Source of the DNA: the human T2T-CHM13v2.0 reference genome, Homo sapiens | Assembly (NCBI RefSeq): GCF_009914755.1 | Contig: NC_060932.1 | Length of the DNA: 64,000 nucleotides | Strand: one strand, 5' to 3' | Shown: positions 26,413-46,349 of the stretch, in pieces | How the letters are laid out: the number at the start of each line of letters is the position of its first letter | Numbering within the stretch: position 1 is the stretch's first letter | Program-made: the position numbers and the translations under genes | Notes under the pieces: model-generated | Databases searched by the model: none | What the model was told of the DNA's origin: nothing | Seen by the model: the letters and a program-made list of their open reading frames with translations, nothing else

Positions 26413-27428
26413 TTATATGAAGGTGGCACCTCTTTATAGAAAGGCCTTTGCTGCATTCTCTGCCTGGTGAAAGGCTACTTACACACTAAGGCTTAGCTCA
26501 AATATCATCCTTTCTGTGTTCTTCACAACCTCCGAGCTCTGAGCACTTTGTTCATACGGTTGTTTGGTGCCTTTCATATTCTATCATAATAAATATCATA
26601 CCAGTCTACTTCTAGCTACCCCTTATAAGGTACATTGAGTAAGGACCATGTTATGTATCTTTTTTGAGTCTAATATAGTTTTTCAGTAATTATTTAGAGA
26701 ATTTAGTGCAATTAAGGCAGTTAAAAAAAAATCCCCAGGAAATGTAGCATGTATGCATTGCAGCAATCAAAATCTTCTCGCAGTGTGTCTGCTAATGGTT
26801 TCCCCACTGTGTGACACTAAAGGAACCTTCTGGGAAACAGAGATTAGCATTAGTGCCAAGATTCCCCCAAAGGTGATCTAAGCACTTCACACCATTTTGG
26901 TTGTCAAGACTCACTCTTCACAGCTCATCTTTCTTGCCAGAATGCTGGGCCAGCTTTTAGTACTTAGCAATATAGATTGTGAGCTAACGCTTGGCTGATG
27001 TCTAATTTAAAAGATTGACTGTGCATTAAAAGCCCTAGCAGGCTTTAAAAAAAAAAAGATTTAAACTATTGCAAAAGGAATATCTTGGCTGATTGTTGCT
27101 TTGGATTTGATATTGGATTTAATATTAACACAATAGCATATTCGATTTTCTTCTGTGCTCATGAGAAATAATATATTATTCATAGGTTTAAAACACAATT
27201 CCAGAGTTAAAATATCTGAGGGGGAAAAGGTTATTCAGACTGATATTTCTCCATGGATCATGTGTTATCAGCATCAACTGGAGATACTTAAGACTCAGGT
27301 TCTCAAAGTCTACCTAAGGCAATGAGGACCCTAGAGTCTGCTTTTGCATGTAGGATGCCTTGGTGATTCTTAAATACATGAAACTTGGGAGCCACTGATT
27401 TATAATGGCATTCCGATAAGATTCTTGA

Positions 27429-27538
27429 GGCTGGGAGCAGTGGATCCCTCCTATAATCGCAGCGTTTTGGGAGGCTGAGGCGGGAGGATTGCTTGAAGCC
27501 AGAATGTAAAGATTAACCTGGCAACATAGCGAGACCCC

Positions 27539-27589
<51 letters not shown>

Positions 27590-27770
27590 TTAGCTAAGCA
27601 TGGTGGTGTACCTGTAGTCCCAGCTACTCTGGAGGCTGAAGCAGGAGGATCCCTTTAGCTCAGGAGTTCAAGGCTACAGTGAGCTGTGATCACACCACCA
27701 CACTCCAGCCTGGGTGATGGAGTGACAGCCTGTCTGCAAAAAAAGAAAGAAAGAAAAGAAAGAGAAAAAT
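27429..27770 (+). mobile_element. AluJ with (AC)22 replacing the central A-rich linker
   Basis: Left arm ends gagaccccatct, then (AC)22 at 27543-27586, then the right arm ttagctaagcatggtgg. Confidence 0.9.
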
Positions 27771-28098
27771 CAGCTTGAATAAGAAAGTATAGCAAATGTA
27801 AAAATCTCATGAAACAAGCTTCACCAAGTCACAAAATACCTCCTTCGTGCTGCCGCCCACCTTATGTACCTCTTAAGCATGGATTCTGTATCCTTGGTGC
27901 CTATAGGACACCATGCTTGGAAAGAAATCAAGGATATAGTGTGGTTTGGATGACGGTGGAGATTTGAAATGTGGTTACTTAGTGATTGATTCTCTTTCTT
28001 CTTAGGCTCCACCTTGAGTTTCTCAATTCTAATCAGAGCTATACTTTCCTAGGTTTAAGGCCTGACCGGGGACAATGGTCATGAGGAGGAGGAGAAAA

Positions 28099-29107
28099 GC
28101 ATCAGTAATGTTCAGGGTGATCTCAGCAAATTGCTTTGAATTATTCCTTCTCATTTGTCTATTGCATTTTTTAGTTATATCCTTACTCTAGCAATTGATC
28201 ACATACTGCCTCATGTAGTGTTCAGGGTGATCTTAGCAAAAAACATGGTGTGCCTTTGGTCTCAAGTAATTGGGAACGCAATGAAAATGAATCAAAATCC
28301 TTCTTTACCTTTTGTGACCCCTTGCTTTGCATTTTTAAGTACCTTCTCAATGCAGTCAGTTCCCTTTCCAGTCCTTCTTTACACCAAGCACAGGACACAA
28401 AGGTAATCATCAAAAGCAACATACTCCACTAAGCACGTTCTTTTTCCCCCACAGTATACAAGTCAGCTCAGTGTGGTTTGGGAGTCATTGAGCTTTATAA
28501 GTGAATCTATATGTTAACAGAGATGTATGGCAAAGCTATGGTGTCTAGTAGAAAGAGCATTTGTTTTCCAGTCAGTATCTAGGTTTAAGACCCATTTTAC
28601 CTTTACTTGCGTGTACAGCCCTAATTAAGCAAGTCACTCCTTGCTCAACCATAGTTTTCTTGTCCACAAAATGAAAATGAGAATTCCTACTTCAGATTGC
28701 TGTTAAAAGGATAAGAGAAATAATATCAAAACAGCACTTAGAATACTGTCTTGCACATAGTAGGTATTTAATAATATGTCATTAGTTTAATCATCAAATA
28801 TCAAAGTGGCTATAGATTTCTGCTATGGGGTATCACAAGAACTGTGTTGCTATGGGAAATACTAAGAGTAGTACAGATCATGCTTAAGTTACTGTGATGC
28901 TTGTCAATGAGATAAAAAACAGAAACACACAAATGATAACAATATTGTATAAAAGTTATTTAAGTAATATAAATATATATCATGAGACAGTATGTGACCA
29001 ACTGCTAGAGTAAGGATATAACTAAAAAATGCAGTAGACAAATGAGAAGGAATAATTCAAAGACCAAATGAGCAATTTGCTAAGATCACCCTGAACACTA
29101 CTGAAGC
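28099..29107. repeat. Imperfect inverted duplication (arms 28099-28240 and 28981-29107)
   Basis: 28134-28215 is the reverse complement of 28981-29062 (4 mismatches in 82 bp). 28099-28135 and 28215-28240 both match the reverse complement of 29071-29107. Confidence 0.92.
28540..28780 (+). mobile_element. MIR
   Basis: ggtgtctagtagaaagagca...agcaagtcact...aaaatgaaaatgagaattcctac...gcacatagtaggta. Confidence 0.65.
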
Positions 29108-29124
29108 ATTTGTGAAAGTATATC

Positions 29125-29760
29125 TTTATTCATTTGACAAATGTCTCCTGAGTGCCTACTCCAACCAGGCACTGTTCTAGACCCTGAGATACAGTGACAG
29201 ACAAGACAGAAAAGATCCCTCTGTCTATGGAGCCTATATTTAAGTAGCAGAAGACAGACAAAAAGAGACTAAGTTCATGTTAAGACTACTATAATTTCAG
29301 GTAGTTTGTCATACGTTCTATGAAGTAGAATGAATGGGGTAAGGGATTAGAGTGGGACTAGCTGACAGTTATTTGAGAAATAGAGAATCAAGGGAGCCCT
29401 CTCTTAAGAGGGAATAGTGATCAGAGGTCTGAATGAAGTAAGAGAGTGAACCAAGGAAAGATCAGAGGGAAGACAAGGGAGAAGCAAGTGCAAAAGCAGG
29501 AATGAACTTGGTGTCCAAGATCCTGCAGGAGGACCAGTGTGGCTGCAGTGAGGTGAACCTGCAGGGCAGTGGCAGGAGACAAGAGGAGAGAGAAAAGTGA
29601 GGGCCAGATCATGCAGGACCCTCTTGGCCATCAAAAGAGGGAATTTTACTCTAAGTTGTGACGTAAGCCTATTGCAGGATTTTGAGCAAGAGAGTAGCAT
29701 AATTTATTTCCTTAACAATGATCATGGGGGGAGAACAAAGAATAAATATGAGGCCAATTA
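29125..29760 (-). mobile_element. L2 (L2a-like) fragment
   Basis: ttattcatttgacaaatgtctcctgagtgcctact...aggcactgttctag...gggccagatcatgcaggaccct...gcaggattttgagca. Confidence 0.75.
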
Positions 29761-29964
29761 TGGGTTAATACACTGGTAAAGAAAAGACGACAATGGCTTA
29801 AGCTATTAGAGACCAGGAAGGAAATCAGAAATATAGTTATTTTAAAGAGTAATTAAAGAGATTCTCAAAAGGAAAAATGATGAAGAAATATGAAAAGATG
29901 GCAGATGATATAAAATGGCAAGGTAAAGAAGATAAAGAAAAACAGAAAGTTCAGAAAAAGATTT

Positions 29965-30190
29965 TTTAGGTTACAAAGTATAAAGACCTGGTATCTGGAG
30001 CCAGCACACTTGGATTTGAATCTCAAGTTTATGACTTACTACTCATGTGCCTTTAGAAGTGTTACTTAACCTTTCTCAGTTTCCTCATTTATAAAATAAG
30101 AATAATGACATCTGCATCATAGAGTTGTGAGTCAGATAAGAAAACATAACAACTTTCTGACAGGTAGTAAGTTCTCCAAAAATATTTGTT
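29965..30190 (+). mobile_element. MIR
   Basis: ctggagccagcacacttggatttgaatctc...cttaacctttctcagtttcctcatttataaaataag. Confidence 0.7.
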
Positions 30191-31943
30191 CTTTGCCTTC
30201 TACCCCTGGTTGAATTTATACTTTTTTCACCAGCTTATGGTAACAAAAAACTTATAAATTTCATCTTCATCATTTAGAAGCATGTGTAACTTCCTCATGG
30301 AGACTTTGTTTCATCGGATTAATTATTACAGTTTATTTTTGTTAATTATTGTATTATCCAATAATATGAGTTCTGAAAACTGGCCCAGCATTATGGCAAG
30401 AAGAGAGAAGATTTCCAGGCAAAAGATGTGGTGTGGTCAGATCACCTTAAGGAAAGAAGCCCTGTGCCAAACGCTATTTACCAGATGGCTCGATCTTGGG
30501 CCCACTGCAACTGAACTGTTAGCAGGCACATTGTGGGGCGATTTTGATTGTCTGGGACAAGTATAGCGGGAGGCAGGCTTTAAGGTAATCAAAGCATAAA
30601 CTGTATAGGGCTTTATGGATTAAGGTCACAGCCCCTCAATGAATACATAATGCCCTAAAGATGATTCCCATTTGCTCATGCAAAAGGAGAAATGGCACAA
30701 TAGAAGGGAGATGACTTTTATTTCCATTGTTTTGTATTAAGTGACTCCAGGACTCACTGCAATTCCCACTTAGGACCTCCCTTGTAGGAGAGCTTCCTAT
30801 TCATCCTGTGGCATGCAGGAAAATTGAGCGGTTTTCTAAAAATTACAATGTACTCCATCAAGCAATTGAAGATGAAATGTTGAGTTAGAGTCTCCAGGTA
30901 TGAAATACAGCTCAAGGCTTGGGTTTTAATATCATCGGAAGTACTTTATGGACTTCCTAGGTACTGATGTGTACTATTTGGTCCTAGGGGACAATTCCTC
31001 AGAGCAAAAGGAAGGGGCTGTAGGGAGAGTTTCCTGCAAGGAGGAAAGCAGAGTCCCCATTCAATGTGCCAGCAAACTCGTCAAGGTGCTAGTTGGTGCT
31101 CAGAACCATGCAGAGTGCCAGGGTTACAGAGCACTGTGTTTTACTATATGACCTCAGTGGTTTAGAGTCTGATGCATGGGTTTAAATGCTGGAGGGTTTT
31201 ACCTGCGGTTTGCATGCTGGAAACTGACTGTACATGTAACAAGAAGGTAAGTGTCCTTTCCTACCTTGTCCTGTCTGGCTGCCTTCCTCTTACCCCTTGC
31301 ACTCCCATATCTCACTGTCCAGATGACCCCATGTGCCTTCCTGTCTTTCCTTCTTCTCCCAACCCATCAAATGTATTTGTTCATCATTACATTTTATGTG
31401 TCTTGCTCTTCTAGAATTCAGCTGAACTCTGTTATTTACCTAATGTGTGCTTTCTCCCTACAGGTAACAAGTAGTCTTACCTCCCTTAAAAATGTACATG
31501 GTATACACAGTTACTGTCTAGTCATCTGTAACAGTGGACTAAACTTTCCATTGTTCTGCAGAGTCTGAATTTATAGTATTATTCAGTATAGTTCCTTTCT
31601 TCAGGCACTTTTGGAAGTATCAAGAGTAGAATAAAATTTAGGTTTTCAGTTAACAAATAAATTAATAAATATTTTCTTTTCCTCTGTACTAACATTTCAA
31701 ATACTTTTATATTGTTTTACAATCCATACGAAAGCATCTGTAGACTACACAAACTTCACTTATTGAATAAATATTCATAAGCTTCTATTATATGATTAGG
31801 TGATAGAAATACAAAGATAAAAGAATATCATGCATGTCCTCAAGGACCCTAACTTATAGTAGATAGAAATTAAATTGGTTTTAGGGAAACTGCCAGATAA
31901 AGATCCATAAATGCAAGAACCACCGAATCACCACACAGCAGAT

Positions 31944-32286
<343 letters not shown>

Positions 32287-33051
32287 TAAACTGAAGAATC
32301 ATTTGAGTATAATGACTTAATTATAAAAATATAGATCTGGGAAGAAGCCATTGCCCTAATCCAAGGGCAATGGAGAGTACTGTGGTTGCCAAGGTAGAGA
32401 TTCTTTACGTTGTCCATTAAGAGGCAGAGCTCCTTGCTAACTAGTAGACACCAATGGTCACAAAGAACCCAGAACTTTCTGGGAGGGAAGGAACCAACAT
32501 GCCAACATCAGCACCAAAGATACAAAGGTAGGAAGTGCCGGTCCTGGGTGTCTCTGACTAAGGGTCACAAATGGAGTACCTCTGGAGGGCAGTAAGAAAC
32601 ACAGTTTAAGCACAAGGGCCTAAACCTTCATGGGGAGAAATACAACCTGGAAAACCATCTTACTGAAGTCCCCTAGAGTACATCAGTGACAAAGGAGCAA
32701 GACAGTTGAGGGGAAAGTACAAAATTCATACAGCAGCCCAAAAACTAGGGTCTGAAAGCAACACTGCTTTTAGCGCCAAATGCAGACAGTAGAGATTATT
32801 TATCTTCCTTAATCACTGTCAGCATTCTCTCCCCCAACCACTGATGTTGGCAATCATAATTTGAGGTTCTCAGATAATCTATAGACATATCACTCCAAGA
32901 GGTGCTACTTAAGTATGGGACCTAAGTGGGTTGTAATCATGAGTGATAACACTATTTCTTCAACTTTGTGGATTAACTGTTGTGCTTTGTATCAAGATAG
33001 TGCTAATTTAATTTTTAACTTTGTGAATACTGTGACTATATTTTCTAAGAG

Positions 33052-33748
33052 TGTTGCAGAAAATCCATATGGGTCTGCAGCAACCTCAATTCTTGTTTCC
33101 TCACAAGAAAGAATTCGGCTGAGGGTCATAAGGCAGAAGATGAGACCGAGGCAAGTTTTAGAGCAGGAGTGAAAGTTTATTAAAAAGCTTTAGAGTAGGA
33201 AGGCAAAGAAAGTAAAGTATACTTGGGAGAGGAACAAGTGGACATCTTGTTCAAGGTCCATTTGACCTTAGACTTAGGGTTTTATATGTGGGCCTGCTTC
33301 CAGCGTCTTGAATCCAGTTTCCCTTGATTATTCCCTTAGGGTGAGCCGCCTGCATGCACAGTGGCCTGCTAGCACCTGGGAGGTGAGCATGCTCAGTGTT
33401 ACTGGAGTTGTCTGTATGCTCACCTGAGGTGTACTTCCCTGTCCTGGTGGAATGCCCCCAGAAGGTCATATACCAGTTAAACCCCACAATTTTGCCTCTT
33501 AATGTGCATGCTCAAGCCCACTCACCCAGTTCCTGAGATCTTCTTGGGAAGCTGCTGATTAGCAGTTTCAGGTGTTTGTACCTATTGAGAAACTGCCTTT
33601 CCCTGGTGCTGGCTATGACCTATTACTATTTTAGAGAGACATTTAACATCTGCCTGACTATCAGCTGATGGTTATCTGACTTTCCTGGTGGGGTGTCAGA
33701 GAGCCCTCTCCTGCCCTGCTCATGCCTGACTAGCTACCTACTGTAACA
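33052..33748 (-). mobile_element. ERV1 solo LTR (MER50-like)
   Basis: Reverse complement starts tgttacagtaggtagctagtcaggcatgagcagggcaggagagggc. Has TG..CA ends, a length of ~700 bp, AATAAA on the minus strand near 33180, and a 4-bp TSD AGAG (33048-33051, 33749-33752) typical of ERV1. Confidence 0.85.
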
Positions 33749-34090
33749 AGAGGTCAGATAGTGGAAATGAGATTGATTACATTATCTCCAGCATAATCCA
33801 GACATCACTGAAAAAAATAAGGCTAAGTGACTATGTTATTTAAATGACAGATGAAAGCATACAGGCAAGTGGTTTGGGGAGGTAAATAACCAAAACAGCA
33901 TACTGTTGGTACAGTATCAGTATAACATGCAGAAAAGGATTTGAGACTGGATATGGTAGAGAAAGAGAAGTGAAAGCACATATGGAGGCTAAATCTCACA
34001 AGTCCAGAAAGAAACAGCCAAGTACCTCTAAATCAATTAAAAGTTTTTTCATCTCCCCAAAGACACCAATACTCAGTGGAAAACAGTGGC

Positions 34091-40032
<5,942 letters not shown>

Positions 40033-41545
40033 AAAACAGTGGCATTGAATTAGCTTGGGCATACTCCAGAACACACATATTATGTCATTCCCTTAATTGC
40101 TCTATGAAGTTGAGTCAAGTTACATGTCCTAATTCAGAGGTTCCAACTGAAATGTTGTGTGGGCAAACAAAAGGGGGAATTTTCATAACAGATGTGTTGG
40201 CTCTTTAGTAGAGCTGATTCTGTCCGATCTTACTAATGATCATGCTTTCTATAGTATATGTGATTAGTTGAATAATGGCAAGAAAAGAAATGTTTCCTCT
40301 GGCTCTTAGGAATTTTGATTTGAAAAATGGAGTTTCAAATCATTGTCTTGATTTCTATGAAGATTTCAGTGAGACTACAGAAAACACAAAAGATTGTTAT
40401 CTTGTCCAAATAAAACCCGGTTTTGCTCATCTATTTGCAAATTCAGCACTATGCAAATGTAAGTTTTGGAAAATTCCACTGTCTAAATTTATTATCAAAG
40501 AAAACAATAAGGTCCCACCTGCTAAATGTCCTACATACCTTGTACACAACATTATTGAGAAGGGGGAGGAGGAGTGGTATACTTACCTGTAATGTTGAGG
40601 TTCTTATCATAAAAACCTTGATATTTTTCAATTTCCCCAAAATGTGCAAAAACATCTGATAAGATTTTTTCCTTTAGAGAAAGGGAGGTTGCCTTTTTAG
40701 ACAGGTGCCTACAAGATGTATATTATTGTTGCCAGCCATAAAAAGATGTTAAAATATTAGCCTACCATAAATTATATTTTCAAAGTGTGGGACAAGAAGA
40801 ATGTCCTTCTCTGATTTGAAAATGCATTAAGGGTGAGGATAGAGAAAAAGATTTACATTAAAACAGAAAATTCTTCAAAACCAATGACCTTCGAAGAGGT
40901 GATAGCAAAGGATGAACTGACTGCCATTATTGCTTAATGTTGTTGAGATTGCAACAACACCATATTTTTTTTCATACGGTGAAAAAAAAAGTGACTCCTT
41001 TTTTCAAAAATAAGATTTCTTTAGAACTCAGAAAACGGCATCCAAGTTAAACAGAGCTTTCTCATTTCTTTACTAAAACTATACCTTATTTGGAATCCAT
41101 CTTCAATTTCACAAGTTAAAATTACCTCTATTCTTTAAAAATCATTTTTTCCCAATAAAAGAGGTTTAACTTATGATGATGTCCAATGTGCTTAAGAATA
41201 TTTAAAATTGATGGATAATTTAGACATGGATGACCTACATAATTAACTTCTAGATGCAAAAAAACTGACTGATAAGCAGCTGTTCTACCAAAACAAGTCT
41301 GTAGACACAAAATGAATAGACAAAGCTGAAAAGTCTAAAAACCTGTTGTTGGTAGTGAGTGAAATCCCAAGGTATTCAATGCTAAAATTATTTTGTTGAG
41401 AAGATATTTAGATCAATGTCATCACAGTAGCTTGACACCACAAATCAGTGTAATGTGGGCTTGATAAGGGCAGAGGTGCAAGGCAAAGCGAATTTTGCAT
41501 TTGACTGTTATTCACTCTTACCACTACATAAAAGAATAAAAGCTT

Positions 41546-43486
<1,941 letters not shown>

Positions 43487-43489
43487 CGA

Positions 43490-44546
43490 CTAATTAAATG
43501 AAAGAGCTTCTGCACGGTAAAAGAAACTACCATCAGAGTGAATAGGCAACCTACAGAATGGGAGAAAATTTTTGCAATCTACTCATATGACAAAGAGCTA
43601 ATATCCAGAATCTACAAAGAACTCAAACAAATTTATAAGAAAAAAACAACCCCATCAACAAGTGGGCAAAGGATATGAACAGACACTTCTCAAAAGAAGA
43701 CATTTATGCAGCCAATAGACACATGAAAAAATACTCATCATCACTGGCCATCAGAGAAATGCAAATCAAAACCACAATGAGATACCATCTCACACCAGTT
43801 AGAATGGCGATCATTAAAAAGTCAGGAAACAACAGGTGCTGGAGAGGATGTGGAGAAATAGGAACACTTTTACACTGTTGGTGGGATTGTAAACTAGTTC
43901 AACCATTGTGGAAGTCTGTGTGGTGATTCCTCAGGGATCTAGAACTGAAAATACCATTTGAACCAGCCATCCCATTACTGGGTATATACCCAAAGGATTA
44001 TAAATCATGCTGTTATAAAGACACAAGCACATGTATGTTTATTGCGGCACTATTCACAATAGCAAAGACTTGGAACCAACCCAAATGTCCAACAATGATA
44101 GACTGGATTAAGAAAATGTGGCACATATACACCATGGAATACTATGCAGCTATAAAAAATGATGAGTTCATGTCCTTTGTAGGGACATGGATGAAGCCGG
44201 AAACCATCGTTCTCAGCAAACTATCACAAGGACAAAAAACCAAACACCGCATGTTCTCACTCATAGGTGGGAATTGAACAATGAGAACACATGGACACAG
44301 GAAGGGGAACATCACACACTGGGGCCTATTGTTGGGTAGTGGGAGGGGGGAGGGATAGCATTAGGAGATATACCTAATGTAAATGATGAGTTAATGGGTG
44401 CAGCACACCAACATGGTACATGTATACATATGTAAAAACCTGCACATTGTGCACATGTACCCTAGAACTTAAAGTATAATAAAAAATATATATATATAAA
44501 ATTAAAGACCTAAATAAACAGTCCACCAATTAAAAAATAAAAAGAA
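43490..44546 (+). mobile_element. Forward 3' segment of the same L1PA5-like insertion, with a putative short 3' transduction and second A tail
   Basis: ORF2 C-terminus (43675-43926, 44035-44277). 3'UTR aatgtaaatgatgag...gtaccctagaacttaaagtataat. Right TSD at 44547-44562. Confidence 0.93.
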
Positions 44547-45039
44547 AAAAGAATAAAAGCTTGCCCCAAAGTAAAGGTTGTAGGCAGTTCTGAGTATTAT
44601 TGAAAAAGGTAATTGAAAGAGGAAAAAATATCCTCCTGTATCGCGATACAGAAAGAAACATCTTATTACTGTTTTTTTATTAAATACAGGTAATATCTGT
44701 TTAATTATGGATCATAAAGTACACACCAATATAGCCTGAAATCAATCACTATCAAATAAAGAGATGACAAGAGTTAAAATAAATCATTTTTCCAGATAAA
44801 GAAATATTATCAAAATATTGTTAAATCTTCCTCACACATGATTTTTTAAATTAGTCCTACTATTAATTACTACTAATTGCCATTGTTAATTATTTATGTT
44901 GTTTTGGCTTAGATGATAGTATTTATATAACAGAAAAGTAAATAATACAGAATTTAATACAATTTCAAGGATATGCCCATTTTAAATACTTTTATGTTGA
45001 AGTCATAACACACAAATTCTTTATTCTATATTATTTATG

Positions 45040-45200
45040 GCTGTGTCCCAGGTTGTATCTCTAAAAAATTGTTCACCCCATTTCTCTGCCAGCCCAATCC
45101 TGTTCCCTCACCCACCTAGTGTTCCCAAGAGCACTGCCCACTAAACCTCCTTCACACAACTCCCAGTCCACTACAGTCTGATTCCAGGAAACCTAATGAC
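45040..45200 (+). mobile_element. Old ERVL-type LTR 3' fragment (LTR16/LTR33-like)
   Basis: cccaatcctgttccctcacc...gttcccaagagcactgcccactaaacctcct...ttccaggaaacctaa. Resemblance from memory only. Confidence 0.45.
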
Positions 45201-45913
45201 AATGACCAACACAGAAATAGTTTCCTCCTTCAATTAACTTACAGTCTAGCAGGAACAAAAAGCATCAAACATGTAATTACAAAAAAAGTGTGTAGAAAGG
45301 AAGGATGGGGATATACAGAAGACTAGAGAAAATACCAATGGGGTAGCCAATCTGGCCAGGGAAGGCTTCCCTGAGGAAGTCACAGCTAGTCAGTCCCCTG
45401 GAGGATAAAATGAAAACCACTTGCAAGCCCAGGTTTCTGGCATTGGAGTAAGTCAGGGGCTGCAAACCAGTTGACTACAGAGAAGATCAGGCTGTCGGCC
45501 TGCTTTGTGTGGTTCCTACAATGTTTTACAAAAACCTAGTTCCAAGGTAGTCTTTTTTTTAATCAAGATATTTTTACCTAATAGTTGGATTTCTGGCCTC
45601 TTTGGAAAAATAAGAAATTTAGCAAGACTGGATCAACATCCAGTGGATTACAACTGGATTACAACCATCAACAAGACATGAGTAGCTGCTGACCCGTTTT
45701 CTAGTTCACATCATCCACATCACTCTCAACTCTTGTCCTGCACTGAGACGCAGTGTTACAAGCCACATGTTTTCATGCATGCATGCTGTGACTTATAGTA
45801 GAAACACTTCCTATCAAAATGAGAAAACAAGAGGACTGGGTGGCCATTTTCATTCAACCCATTTTACTCATTGAGGTCACTTTAGGAATTTGACTTGGTA
45901 ATGTCCATCATAG

Positions 45914-46349
<436 letters not shown>

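Noticed and set aside
28099-28240. CRISPR-like repeat-spacer unit
   Set aside because: Only two direct copies, in a eukaryotic context with no cas genes. Better explained as a local duplication.
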